Shown here: positions 10,318 to 19,700 of the stretch, one piece after another
Layout of the letters: every line of letters starts with the position of its first letter
How positions within the stretch are numbered: position 1 is the first letter of the stretch
Source: Candidatus Gastranaerophilales bacterium
Lineage (GTDB): Bacteria; Cyanobacteriota; Vampirovibrionia; Gastranaerophilales; UBA9971
DNA: 54,361 nucleotides
Direction: 5' to 3'
Assembly: GCA_028281965.1 (NCBI GenBank)
Contig: JANQIY010000092.1
Location: 1-54,361, forward strand
Position numbers and translations under genes: made by a program
Notes under the pieces: model-generated
Seen by the model: the letters and a program-made list of their open reading frames with translations, nothing else
Database searches by the model: none
Told to the model about the DNA's origin: nothing

Positions 10318-11160
10318 TTAGCGGCCCGGGTTTATTAAGGTAAAAACTTTATATCTTAATAAAGAAGGGGTTATTTTAAAAAGAGATATTAATATTATGT
10401 TTTTTATTGCCATTAATAAAAAATATAACTTAATTTTTAATAAATTCCCTAAAACTTTACTTAAACATTTATATTTTATATAACGCGCCTTTAGTACGGG
10501 TAAAAAATAAGGTTTCTCATAGGGACTGTTTGCGGAGACTCCTCCTCCCAGGCAACTTGCTATAACTTTATTTTCCCTTTTAAACCTTAATTTTTTATTA
10601 TAATAGAAATCAAGAAGCATTATTATATCACCGGCTGTTCTTTCATAATCTTCATTTAACACAAATTTATTTTGCTTTATTATACCTGTTTTAACAAAAC
10701 AGGCCTGATGTCCTGGAATATGAAGCCAAAACTCCTTTTCCGGCTTCACGGATTTTATTAATTTAGGAATTTTATTGTTTCCAATGTAAAAAGTATGATA
10801 ATGATCCCCATATATCACCTCTTCTTCAATGTTTTTATTCTTAAAAATCTTTTCCAGTATATCGTCCGTATAAAAAAAATCCCCGGCATTCATAAAGTTT
10901 ACCCACTCCCCTGTTGCCAGGTCAATTCCCTTATTCATCGCGTCAAAAATCCCTTTATCAGGTTCACTTTTCCACAGGGTAATTTTATCTTCATATTTCC
11001 TGATTATATCAAGGGTTCCGTCTGTTGAACCGCCGTCTATGATTATGTATTCAATATTAGAGTACGTCTGGTTTATAACGCTCAGTACCGTCTGTTCAAT
11101 ATGGTCTTTTGCGTTTAATACAACCGTTACGACAGTTATAAGAGGATTTATTCCATCCAT
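10318..11160 (-). CDS. glycosyltransferase family 2
   Basis: 280 aa. N-terminal ITVVTVVLNAKDHI..SVINQTY..IEYIIIDGGSTDGT signature. Confidence 0.8.
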   Translation of the reverse strand: MDGINPLITVVTVVLNAKDHIEQTVLSVINQTYSNIEYIIIDGGSTDGTLDIIRKYEDKITLWKSEPDKGIFDAMNKGIDLATGEWVNFMNAGDFFYTDDILEKIFKNKNIEEEVIYGDHYHTFYIGNNKIPKLIKSVKPEKEFWLHIPGHQACFVKTGIIKQNKFVLNEDYERTAGDIIMLLDFYYNKKLRFKRENKVIASCLGGGVSANSPYEKPYFLPVLKARYIKYKCLSKVLGNLLKIKLYFLLMAIKNIILISLFKITPSLLRYKVFTLINPGR

Positions 11161-12236
11161 TCGGTGATAACCTCTTTTACTTTATCGACAGTTATTAAAT
11201 TAATGTCAAGAGTTGATGCGTATTTATATTTTTCAACCAAGTCATCCGTATTACATAGGTTTTCTTCAATCTGAGGCGGGAAAATACAGGTTACAAGTTC
11301 TGTAATCTCCTTTGGATATGGAATAAAACGTTTAAAGGTATTTCCGTTAGAAAGGCAAATCACTTTAGTATCAACAGCTACAGCTATATGATAGAAACTT
11401 GTATCTCCTGACATCACAAATTCAGCATTTTGAAGGACATAGGACAAATCCATAAGGGAAGTTTTGCCGCATAAATTTATTGTATCCGTATTTTTAGCAA
11501 GCTTTTGTATCTGTTTTGCCGGAATTTTATCTTTTTTACTTCCGCAAATTAATATATTAAAAGCTTTTTCTTTTGCTAGAAAATCTGCAATACCGGCAAA
11601 GTTTTCAGGGTTCCATTGCCTGTTTGGACGGGAAGCCCCGGGGCAAATAACTACATATTTATTTTTTGGCGGTTTTATTTTTGATTTATACGAACCCGGC
11701 TCAATAAAAGGTTTATTAATATTTATTTCTTCCTGCAATAAATTTTCAAAAAATTCTTTATTCCTTAAAAACTCAAACATAACTTCATTTTTAGCTGGAA
11801 TTATCCTGGTATAAAAATCATCCGCCAGTGTTTTTTTACCTCCGGTAATATTTGTCAAATCTCCTGCGTTTCCTATTTTTTCCTCTGCATTAACAGATTT
11901 AATAATTGATTCCGTAATATGATAGTCTCTTGAGTAAACGGGATTTATTAAAATATCAAATTTTTTTTGGTTTAATTTATAATTAACAAGCAATTTATAA
12001 AACGGATTATATTTATAGTGCAGCCTGTTTAACGGGATAAATTCATCGAGATACTCTAAATCAATGTTTTTTGCCAGGTTTTCATAAACAAAATTTCCCA
12101 GTAGCGTAATTTTATAGTCTTTATATCTTTCGCTTTGTTTAAGTATTTTTATAAAATTCCTGAATAAAACATAGTCTCCAATAAGATCAGGTCTTATCAA
12201 AAGCAGTCTTTTTTCTTTTTTTAAAATATTATTCAT
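11148..12236 (-). CDS. glycosyltransferase family 9 (heptosyltransferase-like)
   Basis: 362 aa. C-terminal GT9-type motif SGDTSFYHIAVAV and overall GT9 length and layout. Confidence 0.65.
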   Translation of the reverse strand: MNNILKKEKRLLLIRPDLIGDYVLFRNFIKILKQSERYKDYKITLLGNFVYENLAKNIDLEYLDEFIPLNRLHYKYNPFYKLLVNYKLNQKKFDILINPVYSRDYHITESIIKSVNAEEKIGNAGDLTNITGGKKTLADDFYTRIIPAKNEVMFEFLRNKEFFENLLQEEININKPFIEPGSYKSKIKPPKNKYVVICPGASRPNRQWNPENFAGIADFLAKEKAFNILICGSKKDKIPAKQIQKLAKNTDTINLCGKTSLMDLSYVLQNAEFVMSGDTSFYHIAVAVDTKVICLSNGNTFKRFIPYPKEITELVTCIFPPQIEENLCNTDDLVEKYKYASTLDINLITVDKVKEVITEWME

Positions 12237-12238
12237 AT

Positions 12239-12844
12239 TTAATTATCACAAATTTTTTCAGCGCAAATATAAAAGCTATACATTACATCGGGCTTTTCAC
12301 TTGCACATAAAATTTTAAAATTATTCTTTTCCAGGTAATCTCTAATTACTTCAAAGTCTGGAATCCACTTATGTCCAGTATTAACAAAAGGCGACCCGGG
12401 ATGCCAGATTTCACAGTCTGAATGAGGTAAGTATAAAAATAATATACCACTATTTTTTATTTTGGAACACCAGAGTTCTAAAGCTTTTTCCCATTCTAAA
12501 ATATGCTCAAGGCAATGGGAGCTGAAGACATAATCAAGGGAATTATCATCAAAATCTTCTATTCGATTATTTAACCCTTCTCCCCTGCCTATGTCCACGG
12601 GGATTGCCTGAGGAAATTGCCAATAACCGGCGCCTATATCAACACCCTTTCCATTACAATACTTCCGGGCTGTTTGAAATATTGCGCAACAGGCTCCTCC
12701 CATATGTAAATAATCAGGATAAACCTTGTTTTTATACAGAAAACCACCTTTTACCCTTTTAACATAAGGACTTAAAAGAAATCTTCTATAACACCTGAAA
12801 AAATCAGGGGAATCCGGATAAATTTCTAAAGGAATTAAAAACAT
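12239..12844 (-). CDS. class I SAM-dependent methyltransferase (shortened start)
   Basis: Motifs VDIGAGYW and LDYVFSSHCLEHI. The first 63 codons of the track ORF (to 13033) translate the dispersed repeat, so M64 (ATG 12844) is the preferred start. Confidence 0.6.
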   Translation of the reverse strand: MFLIPLEIYPDSPDFFRCYRRFLLSPYVKRVKGGFLYKNKVYPDYLHMGGACCAIFQTARKYCNGKGVDIGAGYWQFPQAIPVDIGRGEGLNNRIEDFDDNSLDYVFSSHCLEHILEWEKALELWCSKIKNSGILFLYLPHSDCEIWHPGSPFVNTGHKWIPDFEVIRDYLEKNNFKILCASEKPDVMYSFYICAEKICDN

Positions 12845-12907
12845 TAATGTTTCTTTTATTTTTAGAAAAACAAAAGAAAATACTTTTTCTAAAAACTCCA
12901 CTAATAT

Positions 12908-13066
12908 ACTCGAGTTGTTAATTGCATGTATGCAACATTTGCCAAAACCCACCCACAGCCACCCTAAAGGTGGAAAAGAGGCGGAGCCTCTTTTCGATTC
13001 TCTATAATTTTTTGGCAAATGTTGCATAGTCATATCCTGGTTTTTGGCTAATTAGCAACTCAAGTT
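12908..13066. repeat. dispersed nested-palindrome element (short form)
   Basis: Arms actcgagttgttaatt / aattagcaactcaagt. Inner perfect 18-bp palindrome arms atgcaacatttgccaaaa / ttttggcaaatgttgcat, hairpin ccaccctaaaggtgg, and core copy at 13029. It is co-oriented with the copy at 41439. Confidence 0.85.
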
Positions 13067-13082
13067 ATATAAACACCCTTAA

Positions 13083-14003
13083 TCAAACTAAATTTAAGTC
13101 TTTAATTTTGATATTTTTTTCATTTTCGATATCGTAAACAAGTAAGTCCTGCATCATTTTTATTCTATCATCAAAACTTTTTTCTAAATCCAGTTCGCGC
13201 CTTTTATTAAAAACCCCCTTGGCTTTTATTTTAAAATAAGCATCTTTATGATTTATTTTTTTTATATTCTGTGCATATTTATTTTTAACAAAAAACAAAT
13301 TGGAACCTGTAACATTAGAACCTGCAAGACAATATCCTTTTTCATCAGCAAGCCCGGTTAAGGCTGCTATGGAAGCGCCAAAGTATTGGCCCGAATAATG
13401 CGCTTTAAACCTGTCAAAGTTTTTATAATAAGGTATAGTAACTTTTACGTCCGGGCCAAACAAACTATTATATTCACAAACAACGATCTGAGGGTCGATA
13501 ACATTTATTGCTTTCCAAACCCAATAATCATTTCCGTCAATATCTATTGACAATAAACCTATTTCACCTTTCACACCTGCCTGTTCTAATAAATTATTTA
13601 TATTTTCACCTGTAATAAAAGCATACTTAGCTTGCAAATCATAATTATAAGCCGATGGAGAAGTTTTTATAAAATCAATATTTTTTTTTGATGAGTCAAG
13701 AACTAAACCTGACCAGTTATTATTATGTAAAAGAAATTTTGTATTGGATTCCAGGTAGTTTCCAACGCCAAATTCTACAAAAAAATCGTTTTTTATTTCT
13801 ACTTTATTAATTAAATATTGAATTATTCCATCTTCGCCATATTGTGAAAATACTTTAAACTCATAATCGTTTATATTATTAGAATTAATATTTTTTAATT
13901 GTCTTATCTCAATTCTACCCAAAGCTAATTGTATATCTTCTTCTATTTCCATAATATTTATGAATTTTCTAAATTTTAATCTTATTTTTTTTAAAATATT
14001 CAT
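13083..14003 (-). CDS. hypothetical protein, tentatively FkbM-type methyltransferase-like
   Basis: 306 aa. The FSQYGEDGII motif near the N-terminus recalls sugar-modifying methyltransferase-like proteins. This assignment comes from memory only. Confidence 0.35.
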   Translation of the reverse strand: MNILKKIRLKFRKFINIMEIEEDIQLALGRIEIRQLKNINSNNINDYEFKVFSQYGEDGIIQYLINKVEIKNDFFVEFGVGNYLESNTKFLLHNNNWSGLVLDSSKKNIDFIKTSPSAYNYDLQAKYAFITGENINNLLEQAGVKGEIGLLSIDIDGNDYWVWKAINVIDPQIVVCEYNSLFGPDVKVTIPYYKNFDRFKAHYSGQYFGASIAALTGLADEKGYCLAGSNVTGSNLFFVKNKYAQNIKKINHKDAYFKIKAKGVFNKRRELDLEKSFDDRIKMMQDLLVYDIENEKNIKIKDLNLV

Positions 14004-14107
14004 TTATATCGTCCTTGGTTTAAATTTACATCTTTTACTGAGAGTAATAACAATGAAAATTTTACTGTAATAATCAAATATAAGCCAGGATTTACCGCAG
14101 TCTCTTT

Positions 14108-14713
14108 TTATTGAAAATTCCATTTTTTCTTTAATTCCCGTGCAAAAAAAGTATTTTGCAGGTTTTTAGGCAAGTTTTTCAAAAAATCAGCTGCTTGTTC
14201 TTTGCTCAGGTCCAGGGGCGACTTTTTACTTTCCTTTTCACTTTTTTTATACTTTGGATAGTTAATTCCCGTTAATTGTGTATTGTGATGGTATTTTGGC
14301 AATTTTTTTTCAGAATAAAAATTAAATTTATTATTTATTTTTTGATTTATTTGTTTATTATCAATTTTTGAACCATTTAAATTACAATATTTAGACTTTT
14401 CAGGTTCAATATTTAAACTTTCAAAAAAAAGAGCTGTAAAAGAGTAATGATTAACATTTTTAGTTTCGTATAAAATAAACCCTAATTTTGACAATTCTTT
14501 TAAAGAATTGATTACACTTGTTTTAGAGGATATACCGGATTCATTCTGAATAGTTTTAATACTGGGGTATATGTTTGGGTAATGTGAAGTTAAAACAATT
14601 AAAACAAGCCTTGAAGACGGGCTCATTTTATTTTTTGAAAAGAACTTACTGTTAATTAGTTTTTTAGAAAGCTCAAACTGGGTAAATTCATTTTTTGGTG
14701 CTAAATTTTGCAT
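14108..14713 (-). CDS. winged-helix DNA-binding protein (phage/plasmid replication- or regulator-like)
   Basis: 201 aa. The segment SIKTIQNESGISSKTSVINSLKELSKLGFI is wHTH-like and the C-terminus is basic. Confidence 0.4.
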   Translation of the reverse strand: MQNLAPKNEFTQFELSKKLINSKFFSKNKMSPSSRLVLIVLTSHYPNIYPSIKTIQNESGISSKTSVINSLKELSKLGFILYETKNVNHYSFTALFFESLNIEPEKSKYCNLNGSKIDNKQINQKINNKFNFYSEKKLPKYHHNTQLTGINYPKYKKSEKESKKSPLDLSKEQAADFLKNLPKNLQNTFFARELKKKWNFQ

Positions 14714-14746
14714 AAAAACTCCTCCTATTTTTAGAAATAAAGCGCA

Positions 14747-14775
14747 TTGACAAAATTCCCTTTAGGGAGGATAAT
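14747..14775 (+). promoter_or_regulatory. sigma70-type promoter TTGACA-17-GATAAT
   Basis: TTGACA at 14747..14752 and GATAAT at 14770..14775. A hairpin aatcccctc-ccaaa-gagggatt plus T6 at ~14804..14830 follows, before the CDS at 14950. Confidence 0.45.
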
Positions 14776-14949
14776 ATAATTGCTAATTTAATGATTTTTT
14801 TTTAATCCCCTCCCAAAGAGGGATTTTTTGTATTTAATTTTTCTTCATTTAACGATCATGATTCTACAGGTTGTTGTATAATTATGTCAATAGAGGTTAA
14901 ATTTCACATATAACTAATTAAATTTAACTGTAAAATAGGAGTGAAAATA

Positions 14950-15483
14950 GTGAAAAAAATAACTTTAACAGCACTTTCAAGAGATTTAAACATGTCATAT
15001 AACGGGACGGTTAAAAAGGTTAAAAAACTGGTTCAAGATAAAAAGTTAAAAGATAAAATAAAATTAACAGAAGAGTTGAATGAACATGGAAGAAAAGTAA
15101 AAACCGTTGTTATTTCTGAAGATTTTTATAGAAAATTACTAAAAGAGCATGCTTTAAAAAGTGAGATTGTTGAATTTGGTGAAAATTATGAAAATGAACC
15201 TGTTCAAAGTGAAATTGAACAAAAAACCGAACCTGATTCAAGCGAAGTTATAAAAAAGCTTGTAAATGAGCTTATAGACTCAAAAAATCAGTTAATTAAC
15301 TATGCGGAGCAGGTTGGACAGGTCAGGTTATTAACAGATAACCTCATGAATAAGGAAAAAGATGCTAAATACTGGCAGGAAAGATATTTTGAACTTCAGT
15401 TTGAGATGGAAAAAGTTAAAAAAGAAAATGAATATTTAAAAGAAAAAGTAAATAAAAAATGGTGGCAAGTTAAATTAATGTAA
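14950..15483 (+). CDS. hypothetical HTH plus coiled-coil protein
   Basis: The GTG at 14950 lies 8 nt after GGAG (14937-14940). The track start 14941 overlaps that RBS. The C-terminal half is coiled-coil-like. Confidence 0.45.
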   Translation: MKKITLTALSRDLNMSYNGTVKKVKKLVQDKKLKDKIKLTEELNEHGRKVKTVVISEDFYRKLLKEHALKSEIVEFGENYENEPVQSEIEQKTEPDSSEVIKKLVNELIDSKNQLINYAEQVGQVRLLTDNLMNKEKDAKYWQERYFELQFEMEKVKKENEYLKEKVNKKWWQVKLM

Positions 15484-15486
15484 ACT

Positions 15487-15516
15487 AAAAAAGCAGGTAC
15501 TAAGACCTGCTTTTTA
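15487..15516. terminator. bidirectional intrinsic terminator
   Basis: Hairpin aaaaagcaggt-actaag-acctgcttttt sits between the convergent genes 14950..15483 (+) and 15551..15790 (-). Confidence 0.7.
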
Positions 15517-15550
15517 AATAATATATGGAAAAAATGGTATTTAACCCTGG

Positions 15551-15790
15551 TTAAATACGGTTAAATAACGAATATTTGTTAAAAATAAATACTATTAAAT
15601 CAATTAAAACCCCCAGAATTTTTTCTTCCAGAAACTCCGGAATAACAGGAATATCAACTATTTTATTAATAATTTCAATTACTTTTTGTTTCTTTTCTTC
15701 CCCGGATTCAGGTATGTTAAAAAACTCTTTTTCTATCTCTATTATTGTGTTAATAAGCTTTTTGAAAAATTCCATATTAATAATCTCCAT
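15551..15790 (-). CDS. small lysis-cassette protein (LL-H holin-family-like motif)
   Basis: 79 aa. SGEEKKQKVIEIINKIVDIP...LIDLIVFIFNK resembles the conserved block of LL-H-type holin-associated proteins. It overlaps the endolysin by 14 nt. Confidence 0.35.
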   Translation of the reverse strand: MEIINMEFFKKLINTIIEIEKEFFNIPESGEEKKQKVIEIINKIVDIPVIPEFLEEKILGVLIDLIVFIFNKYSLFNRI

Positions 15791-16223
15791 ATAATTTTTT
15801 TAAACCTTCATCAATAGATGTATATTTGCCAATAACCTGTGACCACCTTGCTTTATAACCTCTTACATCAAGGTGGAAACCGGGCTTAAACCAGTCAGGA
15901 TAAACTCCTAATCCTACAAAATCTTCAGTCTGAAATTCTTTTAAAACTTTTATCATAATTTCATAAGCTTCTAATGCGGTAATGTTTTCAAAATGAAAAT
16001 CAGCTGCATTTCCTTTATAATGCTGAGAATTAAGACTATGCCCGGATGTTTCATAGGCACAATGAATTATGCAGGGGGAAATCCTTTTGTATTTATTCCA
16101 ACAGTATTCTTTGACCCTGTCTGTTATTTTATCCAGAAGCAATACCAGAAGCCCGTTTATCTTGTTTTTATCTCCCCATTTTTCACCGGGATTAAAATGT
16201 TTTACTTTTAACCAAATAGACAT
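15777..16223 (-). CDS. peptidase M15 family endolysin
   Basis: 148 aa. Motifs SGHSLNSQHYKGNAADFHF and GFHLDVR fit the zinc-ligand H/D/H pattern of M15 cell-wall peptidases. Confidence 0.75.
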   Translation of the reverse strand: MSIWLKVKHFNPGEKWGDKNKINGLLVLLLDKITDRVKEYCWNKYKRISPCIIHCAYETSGHSLNSQHYKGNAADFHFENITALEAYEIMIKVLKEFQTEDFVGLGVYPDWFKPGFHLDVRGYKARWSQVIGKYTSIDEGLKKLYGDY

Positions 16224-16224
16224 T

Positions 16225-16392
16225 TTAAAACCTTTTTCCTAATAAATGTTCCAGAATCATATCTATTTTTTTATTCAACCCCTTTATTTGCTCGTGTATA
16301 GGGCAGCTTTTTTCGTGTTTTTCCAATATATGGCTTACGTATAAGACCATTCCAAGAGCAACGGGCAAGGGCATTAAATCAAGCCAGTTCAT
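16225..16392 (-). CDS. putative holin (unannotated 55-aa ORF)
   Basis: MNWLDLMPLPVALGMVLYVSHILEKHEKSCPIHEQIKGLNKKIDMILEHLLGKRF has one TM helix and a charged C-terminus. Its stop lies 1 nt from the endolysin ATG. It is below the track length cut-off. Confidence 0.5.
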   Translation of the reverse strand: MNWLDLMPLPVALGMVLYVSHILEKHEKSCPIHEQIKGLNKKIDMILEHLLGKRF

Positions 16393-16410
16393 ATTATAAT
16401 CCCTTCTTTG

Positions 16411-16776
16411 TTAACTTATAGTTATATAACTTGAGCCGTCGTAAATTTTAATTTTATTGCTGTCTGATGTATCTTTAAAAATATCACCGGCCAGGTTATT
16501 TCCCGGATCACCGGCAGATTCCCCCCGCCACCTGCAGAAAATATTATCTGTAATTGTTATTTTGCCGTTTGCATCGCTTGTAAGGTTTTTTGAGGGGGTT
16601 AAAGTTGTATCAATAATATCTGCCGCTGCTCCGCCGGAAGCTCCGCCTTTAACAAGGTCCTGGACAGTGCATTTTTTTGAAACGGGCGTTCCTGAGGGAT
16701 CGTCCACAACATAGGTAAGATCAAGCGAATTAACGCTGACCAGGGCATTTAACTGGGTTAGCTTTTGATTTGACAT
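16411..16776 (-). CDS. small tail-fibre-like protein
   Basis: 121 aa. The N-terminus KLTQLNALVSVNSLDLTYVVDDPSGTPVSKKCTVQDL resembles conserved phage fibre N-termini. It lies just downstream of the host-specificity gene. Confidence 0.45.
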   Translation of the reverse strand: MSNQKLTQLNALVSVNSLDLTYVVDDPSGTPVSKKCTVQDLVKGGASGGAAADIIDTTLTPSKNLTSDANGKITITDNIFCRWRGESAGDPGNNLAGDIFKDTSDSNKIKIYDGSSYITIS

Positions 16777-16781
16777 ATTTT

Positions 16782-19700
16782 TTACTCCTTAGCTATACAT
16801 TTATAATCTTCTGAGAGAATAAATCCTGATAAATCTTCTGTATAAAGGTAATTGGTAGTATCTGAATATCCGGTTTCAGTAATGATAATATAGGGCAGCC
16901 CAAACTCGTTAAACCGGTCACCCACGGTTAATACAGTACCGGTTGAAATAGTTTTAGGCCCTAATCTCATTGAAAGTGCAAATGGTTCAAGACAGGATAT
17001 ATCAATCACTTTTGTTAACTGGATAAAATGCCCTGAAGAAGAGCCGCTATTGGGCAATCTTATTCCTGTTGCGCCTATGCACTCCGTGTTTTTGAAAAGG
17101 GTTAAAACAGCATTATTCCCGCCGCTTGACTGTGTAAGATAAACAGCTGGAACAACACATTCCAGCTTTATACGTGCTCTTGAGTTTTTAGGCTGATATA
17201 TGCAGTTTAGAACTTCGTCTCCCTCGGAAAACAGGGGTGTTGAACCGTCAAAAGGAATAACATTGCTAATTTCCATCCCTTCCTGGCTAACTGTCTCGGA
17301 AGTTATTATTTCACTATGAATATGGCTGTTTTTAAAACTTATACCATTGCCGGAACCGCCCTCACTATTGCCATAAGTTTCTATAAACCCTTCAAAATCG
17401 TTATCTTTAAAGACATAGCCATCATTTCCCGAAACATCATCAAGAGCGGTGCTGTCATAGAAGTCCATCAGCCTGTTATTTTTGCAAATAAAGCCGGAAC
17501 AGTCCTTTATTTTAATAAATTTTGTCCCTTTTTGAATAAAATTATTAATAACAAGCAGGTTATCACTGTTATCAGCATTAATAAACCAGGGATCCGAAAG
17601 ATTTTCAATGCCTTCAATAAAGGTATTATTTAATATTTTACAGTTGACGGTGTTTTTAAATGTTTTGAAATAAGTACTTATATTCTTAAATAGACAGCTT
17701 TCAATGCTTAAATTATTTACTATTTGCGAACTTCCGCCATTAACTGTGCCGTCAATATTTCCTATTTCATCTGTTATGGTATCAATAACACAGTTTCTGA
17801 TAATGTTATCAGAAGCTATAAGTGTTCCGTCACGGCTTAAATCAACACAGCGTATTAAATTTTCTATATTTTTAAATGTAACGTTCTCTACCACGTTATT
17901 CTTAGAGATTGGGACTATATCAACACCAAATCCTTTATAGTTGGAAATAGTCCCGTTTCTTACAATATTGCCGTAGCAGCCGGTAACATGGTATTCATTG
18001 CCGAATTTAATCGCAGAGAGATTGCTTCCGTATTTTTGGTCTCCTCCTACAATGGTAAACCCGTCAATTGTGTTAAAAGACTCATCCCCGCCGTGAAAGT
18101 CAATGTCAGAAACCCTGGCATTGACTGAAATTACGTTAGATACCCGATTATTGCTTGCTCCCCTGAAAAGTAAATAGGAATGCCTGCATCCGTAAGCCTT
18201 GCAATTAACTATATTATTATGGTTTGCCCGGTATATCGTAAATCCGTAACCTTCAGAAGCGTCAACATGTTCAGGTGCAAGTACAGTACAGTTTTCAACC
18301 GAGCAGTTTATACTGCGGTCAATTCTGAACCCATGTCCTTTACTGGTATAATTTCCCTGGTTTTCAACCTGGCAATCCTTTATGTAGCAATCTTTTGCAT
18401 AAGCTATAGTAAACGCGTTTACCGTAAATGAATCCGGTTCAGCGTTATAGTTAACTCTTGCTCCTTTAATGCTGGCATTTTCAACAGGATTCATTTTTAT
18501 AATGTAAGCGTCTTTGGAAATTTCATAATCATGACACAATGTATTTTCAAGACGGATGGTATTGCCGGAAATACCAATAATTTTATTTACTTCATGCCTG
18601 AAAGTATTTTTGGAATCCCCCGCAATATCCCCGGGGGTCTTGTTATCACCAAAGAATACATAGTCTCCAACAGAAAAACTGCTGCTATTGGCAACATTAA
18701 TACTTGTATCCCCCCTGACAGCATTAGAATTCAATGTTGTGAACCTTGAAAATGTAATATAAGTGCGATCAACAGTACCGAAGTTTTCTTCATAGTCTCC
18801 CGCCGGGTAAACGGCTTTAAAGTTATATTCCAGAGGCTCTGCAATGGTTACAATATTGCTGCCCGTATTAATACCTGCTATAGTAGCTTCCTGGTATTCT
18901 ATAGCTTTGCCGTTGCCGTCAGACATTCCCCTGATAATTATCCTGTCGCCTATAGAGTAATTATTGGCGTGTGATTCAGCGCCTTCACCGCAGTAAATAG
19001 TATACCCGCCGGCAGTTAAATCCTGGCGGAGCTGGGGAAGGTTTTCCGAGGGGGTTTCGTAAAAACCGCCATAAATTCTTAATTGCCCGTATTTACCCAG
19101 GAAAACAGGACACTTAAAGTTTAAATGCACATTAGATTTAACATTAAGTGACGCGTTAATGTAAACGCCGGTTTCTGATGCGTCAACGTTAAGAGTTCCG
19201 CCGGTTTCTTCGCTTAAGTTGTCTATTAACTGCTGTAAAATCCGGGTCTGGTCGTTATCAACATCTCCCTGTAAGGTTATATCAGTAACTGTCGTGTTAA
19301 AAGTATTTGTCCCGTCAATTATGTCAATGCTGGGGGCAACGCTTCCCGCGGTGTCCCCGTATATGTTAGGATTGTACTCTTTGCATACGATGTCAATTTG
19401 GCCGTCCTGAACTTCGGTTAAGGCAGTTATGCGAAATTCTTTGCCTGTATATCCCATAACAGAAGAGGTAACGTCAATAATATCTCCTACAGTCCTATCT
19501 AAGCCCTCTTTTGTTGTTGTAAATGAAAGAAATTTATAAGCAGTCGAGGCTTCATTGAGATAGAACCATGCCAGCCTTGATGCCTGTTGAAAATTATTAA
19601 TCCCAAAAGCTTCGACAGTTTTGACAAGAGGCTGCTCATTGCCGTAACTGGTAAGTTCCGCTACCGCATAAACCCTTGCATATTCATTTTCCGGATCGAT

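Noticed and set aside
12845-13033. N-terminal 63 codons of track ORF 12239..13033.
   Set aside because: These codons translate the repeat element 12908..13066. The methyltransferase motifs begin after M64, so I moved the start to 12844.
14004-14107. agccaggat near 14083, considered as a possible att core related to the repeat core gccaaaagccaggatatgac.
   Set aside because: The match is only 9 nt, and its orientation is opposite to the copy at the other end. There is no integrase to use it.
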